Shown one piece after another: positions 59,401 to 64,000 of a stretch of 64,000 bases of DNA. Every line of letters starts with the position of its first letter. Position 1 is the stretch's first letter. This DNA comes from Candidatus Sulfopaludibacter sp. SbA3 (GTDB lineage Bacteria > Acidobacteriota > Vicinamibacteria > Vicinamibacterales > UBA2999). Under the pieces are notes generated by a model, which had not been told where the DNA came from, ran no database searches, and saw nothing but the letters and a program-made list of their open reading frames with translations. Position numbers and translations under genes: made by a program. The stretch spans positions 22,181-86,180 of the forward strand of contig CAMDNQ010000012.1 of the NCBI GenBank assembly GCA_945903265.1. Direction: 5' to 3'.

Positions 59401-60774
59401 GGTGTAGGCGAACTGCAGATCGCTCGGGGCGCCAGGCATGTTCAGCTGCGGCGGCAGGTTCCGCATGTCCAGGCTGGCGGCGCGACCGCTCAGATCCAGC
59501 GCCACGGGCTGACCGAATGTGACCGTCCCGACGGCTGTCGCGCGCCCGCCATATCCGTCGCCAGCGCCGTTGACGCGGACCACGTTTCCGTCAATGCGCC
59601 CGCGCGCGTTCACGTTGCGCGCCTCGTACCCCGCGACACGTGCGCGCGAGGCACGCAGCGTATAGGTGCCGCGCAGCGGGGCACCCTGTGACGGCAGCAC
59701 CATGTCGATCTGCGCGTCACCGGTGACGTCGCTGGTGACAGTCGTGGGATTCGCCGCGCGGCTGGCGCCTCGAACGAGCGGAGCGATGTTCATGCGCGCC
59801 ATCGCCAGATGACCCGTGACGCGACGCTCTGGACCGTCGGCATCGACCGTCAGCTCTCCGTTGAGGTCACCGAGATTGGCCTCGCGCGCCTGGAGATCGA
59901 CCACCAGCCGCTCCATCGGCCCGCGCGCGGTGACCTGAAACGCAGGCTGCAGGAGGTAGCCCCGCAGCGCCGGAATAATGCGGCTGATCTCCTCGATCGC
60001 CACCTTGTCGGACGACGCGTTGACGTCCACGACGCGCGCCTCGCCAGCAGATGTCGTCACCGAACCGTCCACACGGAACGCGCTCTCCTCGGTTCGTACC
60101 GACACGTTCTCGAATTCGAGTGCGCCGGGCGTCCGCGTGATGACGCCAGAGAGCGCGTTGAGCCCGATATTCGGCTCCGCGGCGCGGAACGACATATGGG
60201 CGAGGTCGACGACCAGCGCATCTTCGTCGCTCGTCACGCCGATGGACGCATCGATCCGTTCGATGCGCTCTGGAATATCGACCCCCGACGTGCCCACCGC
60301 GTCCTCGATGTACATCGAACCGTCGCTCACGCCGATTTCGCCGATTTCGATCGCTCGGCGCCCGCGAGGCCTGTCCGGCGTGCGCGCCTTGATCAGGCGC
60401 GCGATGTTCCAGCCGTCAGCGGTCCGCTCGACTCGAAAGACCGGCTGGTTCAGGCGGATGTCGTCCAGGACGACGTCTCCGCGGATGAAGGTGAAGGCGT
60501 TGTAATCCAGGCCGACGTCCTTGATGGCGACGACCGTCTTCCCGTCCATGACCACGTCGACATCCTCGAGTTCGAGGCCGAAGAACAGATTGCCGTCGAG
60601 GCGGCCGATCGACACCTGACCATTCACGTAGTCCTGGGCCTGCCGGACGACGAAGCGGCGCAGCCATTCCTTGAACCAGGCGGACTGCGTCACGATGATC
60701 GACATTGCGGCGGCGCCGACCACCAGCGTGCAGATGAACGCGATGACCTGAAGGGAACGGCGTGCGGGCGACAT
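56410..60774 (-). CDS. tamB: Translocation/assembly module TamB (DUF490)
   Basis: N-terminal TM anchor, long beta-rich body, C-terminal FSSNPPLDQADILSLI..DLIFFFSY; adjacent to an Omp85 gene. Confidence 0.9.
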   Translation of the reverse strand: MSPARRSLQVIAFICTLVVGAAAMSIIVTQSAWFKEWLRRFVVRQAQDYVNGQVSIGRLDGNLFFGLELEDVDVVMDGKTVVAIKDVGLDYNAFTFIRGDVVLDDIRLNQPVFRVERTADGWNIARLIKARTPDRPRGRRAIEIGEIGVSDGSMYIEDAVGTSGVDIPERIERIDASIGVTSDEDALVVDLAHMSFRAAEPNIGLNALSGVITRTPGALEFENVSVRTEESAFRVDGSVTTSAGEARVVDVNASSDKVAIEEISRIIPALRGYLLQPAFQVTARGPMERLVVDLQAREANLGDLNGELTVDADGPERRVTGHLAMARMNIAPLVRGASRAANPTTVTSDVTGDAQIDMVLPSQGAPLRGTYTLRASRARVAGYEARNVNARGRIDGNVVRVNGAGDGYGGRATAVGTVTFGQPVALDLSGRAASLDMRNLPPQLNMPGAPSDLQFAYTVSGRRGVYAGTLAFDASTLAGASIAPGTTAEFQFGGGAPRYAAKGRVEGLDVEQIGRGFAIPAISDARFRGRINATFDLTGIGGGRYPLTLDATGTALDSEMFGATFPQIEFTTHVADGDMRVSSAGSFAGLDPAVVTRNERLKANLTGTHDLETTIRGYAAGLTIDSVDTAGRVDLAASEVMGLAIDKAAFQGQYANREGQLELFDIAGPDLNAMGEGTIALNETGSSNLTMHVESPSFERLGETLGRPLRGAAIVDATVTGNASELRAEGTLQGSNVGYANAGALELSSTFNIAVPNLTLEDATIQAKSDATFVEVAGQSINELTADTTYSEGRLEFNATAQEGMRHLAAQGVSVLHPDHQEIHVSNLVLQAEQVEWRTAPGTDATIRYGSDRLGVEGVSLVSGDQRIDADGVIGSSTEVLRVRAQNVDVSQLDQLLLTNQEIAGRLDANAVVSGPMSDPRIEGEFALRKGAFRAFMFEALTGKLDYLGQGMKIDVRLDQSPTAWLTAAGYAPLSLFRPAPEGATGHDAPALGEAIDIQIASNQVDLGVIQGFTTYVTDVTGALQANVKVTGTGQDPHFDGTIDIRGGTFAIPDLGTAYTGLDTRIDLTSDAVTISEMRIVDEHQQVMTVGGTLAVHEREVGAVDVRVQSENFEVIDNPLADLKLDADVRVTGELRKPRVEGFVEVESGTIDVSRVLEQATADPYATEAFSFEPTPAATDAVPLQTALLDALELNVGIAVPSNLVLRGTDMRPINAPIDMGDLNVTVGGAVQVQKAPGGKPRLTGEVNTVRGSYTFQGRRFDILRDGRIRFAGEEEIDPVFDLRARRIISGVETFVRVQGTLLQPELTFSSNPPLDQADILSLIVFNLPINELGEGQQVSLAERAGALAGGYLASGLTRSIANALELDEFEIQAQGDAGAGPSLSIGEQVGERLFVRVRQGFGAAEATELILEYQIADFLRLQGAVAETSNGTQRVTFRRVERGGLDLIFFFSY

Positions 60775-60780
60775 GAAGTT

Positions 60781-62655
60781 CTAGAACGCCTGTCCGATGC
60801 TGAAGTGGATCCGCCAGTGGCGCTTTTCGAGCTCGCCATTCACGCGCAGCCCTTCGATCGGATTGAGCTGGTAGCCGAAATCCATCCGCGCCGGGCCGAC
60901 GGGCGTGAGATACCGGAGCCCCGGACCGACGGCATAACGCAGATCGTTGGCGTTGAAGTCCCACGAACGGGACCAGACGTTGCCGTAGTCCGCGAAGGCC
61001 ACGACCCCGAACTTGCCCCAGGCGGCCGTGCGCACCTCCGAAGAACCTTCGACCATCGTATGGCCACCGATGGGAAGCCCGAATCCGCTGGTCGGGCCGA
61101 CCTCGAGCCGCCCCCATCCGCGGATACTCGACGCCCCGCCGAGGAAATAGCGCTTGTAGAAGGGGACGTCACGATCGAGTACGCCTGCGGCGTCGATGGT
61201 ACCGAGCCGCATCCGGTTCGCAACCACAAAGGCGTTCCCCACCGGCAGGTAGTGGCGAGCTTCACCGCCGACCGCCCAGTAATTGAACGAGCCCGGCAGC
61301 CACTGACCGGCCTGCTCGATGTGGCCGTTGAGCACGTATCCACTTCGCGCGTCGAGGAGGTTGTTACTGGTGTTGCGGCTCACATCGAACGCAATAGCCG
61401 AGAGCGTGCCCCTGAAGGTGCCGTCGGTCGGATCGAGCCCCAGCGCGATCAGCTCGTCGCGGATGGTGAAGTCAAGCAGCGCCTCTGGGGCGACGGTGCT
61501 GCGCTGGTATTCATTGATGAACCCGACCGTCCAGAAGTTCTGGGTGTTGGCCTGGTGACGCAGCGTCACGCGGCCGCCGAGCGAATCGAGATCGTAAACG
61601 GGCTCGGCTGCCTGCCACGCCTGCCCGTCGACACTGAGTGAAAAGTGCGGGCTCAGGAAAAACGGTTCGCGATACTCGGTTCGGACACCGCGGTCGAGTG
61701 ACGACCATTTCGCTTCGAATCCCGCATGCCGCGCGTCACCGGCGAAGTTATTGTGGTCCCACCGGACACGGGCGCGGGCCTGCTCCTCGGTGCCGTAGCC
61801 GACGCCGAATGTCACCCGCTGATGCTTGCCCTCGGCCACGGTGACCCGTACCGGCACCTCCGGCATCTGAGGAGCCTGGTCTTCCTGCGACTGGACGTTC
61901 ACGAACTCGAACAGCTCGAGCCCGTACAGCTTCCGCTGGCTTTCCCGCATCTCGCGCCGCGAAAACACATCGCCCGGCTCGAATGTCAGCTGCCTGCGGA
62001 TGATGTTCTCGTCCACGCTGACGGCGCCTTCGATCTCGATCGGACCGAAATGGGCGAGCGGCCCGGGCGTCGCCTCGAACACGACGCGCCGCGCCTTCTC
62101 GCCCGCGTCTTCCTCGGCGATGGTCACCTCGGCATGCGGGTAGCCCCTGTCGCGGAGTTCGTTCAGTGTGCGCTCTCGCGCGGCGCGGGCCAGCGTACGG
62201 TCGAGCGGTGCGCCGACGCGGATCAGCAGGGATTCCCGCAGATTGTCGCGATCGTCTGACGTCAGCACGTCGAATCCGGCCAGCTCGACGGCAGCAACGC
62301 GAATCGGTTCCCCTTCAGAGATGTTGACCGCGATATCGACCTTGTCCTGGGCGCCATTGAGTGCGACATCGAACGACGTCACGCGCGCATCGGGGAATCC
62401 GCGATCGGCATAGAACGCCTGGATGCGCTTCAGGTCGGCGTCAAACGCGCGGCGATCGAAATAGCGCTGCCGGCCCCAGGGGATCCGCGAGCCTCTGCGT
62501 GTCTGGAGCACGCTGGCGAGCGCAGCCTTGTCGACCTGTTCGACGCCGTTAAAGTCGAGACTGGAGATCTGGATCTCGCCGTCTTCGCGGCATCCAGTCG
62601 CTGCAATGGACAGCGCCAGGAGAAAAAAGGGAAAGAGCCGACGCACCACGGACAT
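60781..62655 (-). CDS. Omp85 family protein (TamA/TamL-like) with POTRA domains and possible lipoprotein signal
   Basis: LALSIAATGC lipobox-like, POTRA repeats, FLGGASSIRGW, GLRYLTPVGPARMD, FSIGQAF. Confidence 0.9.
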   Translation of the reverse strand: MSVVRRLFPFFLLALSIAATGCREDGEIQISSLDFNGVEQVDKAALASVLQTRRGSRIPWGRQRYFDRRAFDADLKRIQAFYADRGFPDARVTSFDVALNGAQDKVDIAVNISEGEPIRVAAVELAGFDVLTSDDRDNLRESLLIRVGAPLDRTLARAARERTLNELRDRGYPHAEVTIAEEDAGEKARRVVFEATPGPLAHFGPIEIEGAVSVDENIIRRQLTFEPGDVFSRREMRESQRKLYGLELFEFVNVQSQEDQAPQMPEVPVRVTVAEGKHQRVTFGVGYGTEEQARARVRWDHNNFAGDARHAGFEAKWSSLDRGVRTEYREPFFLSPHFSLSVDGQAWQAAEPVYDLDSLGGRVTLRHQANTQNFWTVGFINEYQRSTVAPEALLDFTIRDELIALGLDPTDGTFRGTLSAIAFDVSRNTSNNLLDARSGYVLNGHIEQAGQWLPGSFNYWAVGGEARHYLPVGNAFVVANRMRLGTIDAAGVLDRDVPFYKRYFLGGASSIRGWGRLEVGPTSGFGLPIGGHTMVEGSSEVRTAAWGKFGVVAFADYGNVWSRSWDFNANDLRYAVGPGLRYLTPVGPARMDFGYQLNPIEGLRVNGELEKRHWRIHFSIGQAF

Positions 62656-62718
62656 GGCGCACGGTCGAGTAACACACAACGTGCCAGAGCCCGGCAGCCC
62701 GAACGGGCCTAGGCCGAC

Positions 62719-62910
62719 TCAGCTGCGGCCGGTGGTCGTCGGCCGGCTGGATGCGACGGCGAGCATGATCCCCAGGCCGATCGCGATGACCGAGGAGATG
62801 CCGAGCCAGACTGGCGGGATTTCGGAAAGGATGCCGGATTCCCACAGCGCCCACGTGGCGCCGATGAGGAGCACGAAATAGCCAACGAGATAGACCGTCA
62901 GAAAACGCAT
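62719..62910 (-). CDS. Small two-TM membrane protein
   Basis: 63 aa, two hydrophobic segments, fills the gap co-directionally. Confidence 0.7.
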   Translation of the reverse strand: MRFLTVYLVGYFVLLIGATWALWESGILSEIPPVWLGISSVIAIGLGIMLAVASSRPTTTGRS

Positions 62911-62932
62911 GACCGGTGGTGAAGCAGGAAGG

Positions 62933-62956
62933 GGGCCAGGCCTTTCGGCCTGGCCC
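62933..62956 (-). terminator. GC hairpin with GAAA loop after ompA (terminator or stability element)
   Basis: GGGCCAGGCC-GAAA-GGCCTGGCCC; weak U-tract. Confidence 0.55.
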
Positions 62957-62963
62957 AGAGGAA

Positions 62964-63998
62964 CTACTGGATGACCACGGCGAGGTGGGCGCGGCGATTC
63001 ATCGCGCGTCCTTCCGCCGTGTTGTTGTCGGCAATCGGCCGCTCTTCACCGTAGCTGACGGTGCGGAGCCGGCCTGTCGCGATACCGCGGCTCACGAGAT
63101 AGTCGCGGACCGAGTTGCTGCGGCGCTCGCCGAGCGCGAGGTTGTATTCGACCGTACCGATGCTGTCGCAATGCCCCTCGATCGTCACGTTGAGCGTGGG
63201 ATTTGCCTGCAGCTTCGTGATCGCGTCGTCGAGGATCTTCAACGCGTCCGGCCGCAGGTTGAAGCGGTCGAAGTCGAAGTGCACATCCTCGAACATCAGC
63301 GTGGCCCGCCGCACGACCTGCAGGTTGACGGTGCCGGTCGCGGTCCCGCCACGGTTATCCTGCGCGGTCACGTTTGCGGGCACGTTGCCTTCCTGGTTCG
63401 GCGCGGTCCACACCGTGTTCGGCGCCGTCGGGTTGTTGAACGTCCCCTGTGGCGCCGCCCACTGATACGTCAGCGGGTCGCCGTCGGGATCCGTTCCCGT
63501 CGCGGTCAGATTGCTCGTTTGACCGGGTTCGACGGTGCACGGATTACACGACAGCGTCAGCGTCGCGGTCCGGTTCGGTGCGGGCGCAGGCGCGGGCGCC
63601 GGCGTGACGGTGTTCGTCACGGTCGTCGTTTCCTTGATCACGCGAACGCGCTGACGCGCGGGGGTCACGCCGGGATGCCACCCAATGCGGATGTCGAAGC
63701 CAAACGGGCTATGGTCGATGTCGAGCCCTCCGACCGTTCGGCCGCCTGTGCCAAAGCTGTAGTTCATCCCGCCATGCACGAACAGGCCATTCGACGCCTG
63801 CCACACGCCGCCGACTTTGAAGTTCGTCGGATCGGAAATGGGACTCATGAGCGGCGCGATGCTGCCGTCCTCAGCGACGTACGGCGGGTTGAGGACCAGC
63901 GTGTTGTCCTTGATGACAAACTCACCGTGCCATTCCACAAGCGCGCGGATCGGGCTACGGGTCGGGAACCCGGCGCCGATACCCCATTCGATACCGTC
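62964..63998 (-). CDS. OmpA family protein with PKD/Ig-like domain; 5' end outside the window
   Basis: DPDGDPLTYQW, VHFDFD, IEGHCDSIGTVEYNLALGERR, SYGEERP, NRRA; the frame stays open to the window edge. Confidence 0.92.
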   Translation of the reverse strand, partial: DGIEWGIGAGFPTRSPIRALVEWHGEFVIKDNTLVLNPPYVAEDGSIAPLMSPISDPTNFKVGGVWQASNGLFVHGGMNYSFGTGGRTVGGLDIDHSPFGFDIRIGWHPGVTPARQRVRVIKETTTVTNTVTPAPAPAPAPNRTATLTLSCNPCTVEPGQTSNLTATGTDPDGDPLTYQWAAPQGTFNNPTAPNTVWTAPNQEGNVPANVTAQDNRGGTATGTVNLQVVRRATLMFEDVHFDFDRFNLRPDALKILDDAITKLQANPTLNVTIEGHCDSIGTVEYNLALGERRSNSVRDYLVSRGIATGRLRTVSYGEERPIADNNTAEGRAMNRRAHLAVVIQ

Positions 63999-64000
63999 AG

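Overview
GC-rich, gene-dense chromosomal window from a diderm bacterium (TonB-dependent receptor, TamA/TamB, OmpA). Gene content and the intergenic heptamer repeats suggest Acidobacteriota, probably Vicinamibacteria; this is an inference. About 55 CDS and one tRNA-Leu(CAA) are present; no integrase, transposase or CRISPR array was seen. Main blocks in order: a MoxR/DUF58/vWA(BatA)/DUF4159/TPR-zincin operon; a FabF-like ketosynthase + FAD oxidoreductase + ICMT methyltransferase cluster; lon; twin PmtA-like methyltransferases; yitJ; an orphan nuoI; LytS/LytTR; lepB; rex-moaC; an OPT transporter; carD; a zincin + Ddl-like ATP-grasp pair with an upstream 49-aa sORF; cysG-sulfite reductase; hom-thrB-thrC; aguBA; nhaA; a tRNA-adjacent sortase cassette (LPATA substrate, vWA, class D sortase); a deviant ParA + RHH pair; ispG; a Mo-oxidoreductase; tamAB; ompA. 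The strongest unannotated signal is absent from the ORF track. Upstream of cysG-sulfite reductase lies a complete-looking cysteine-sensing transcription attenuator: a sigma70 promoter, a leader peptide with 5 Cys in 8 codons, and protector, antiterminator and terminator helices. Other notable signals are many apparent leaderless and bidirectional -10 promoters and a sortase system in a diderm. All calls are by eye, without database searches.
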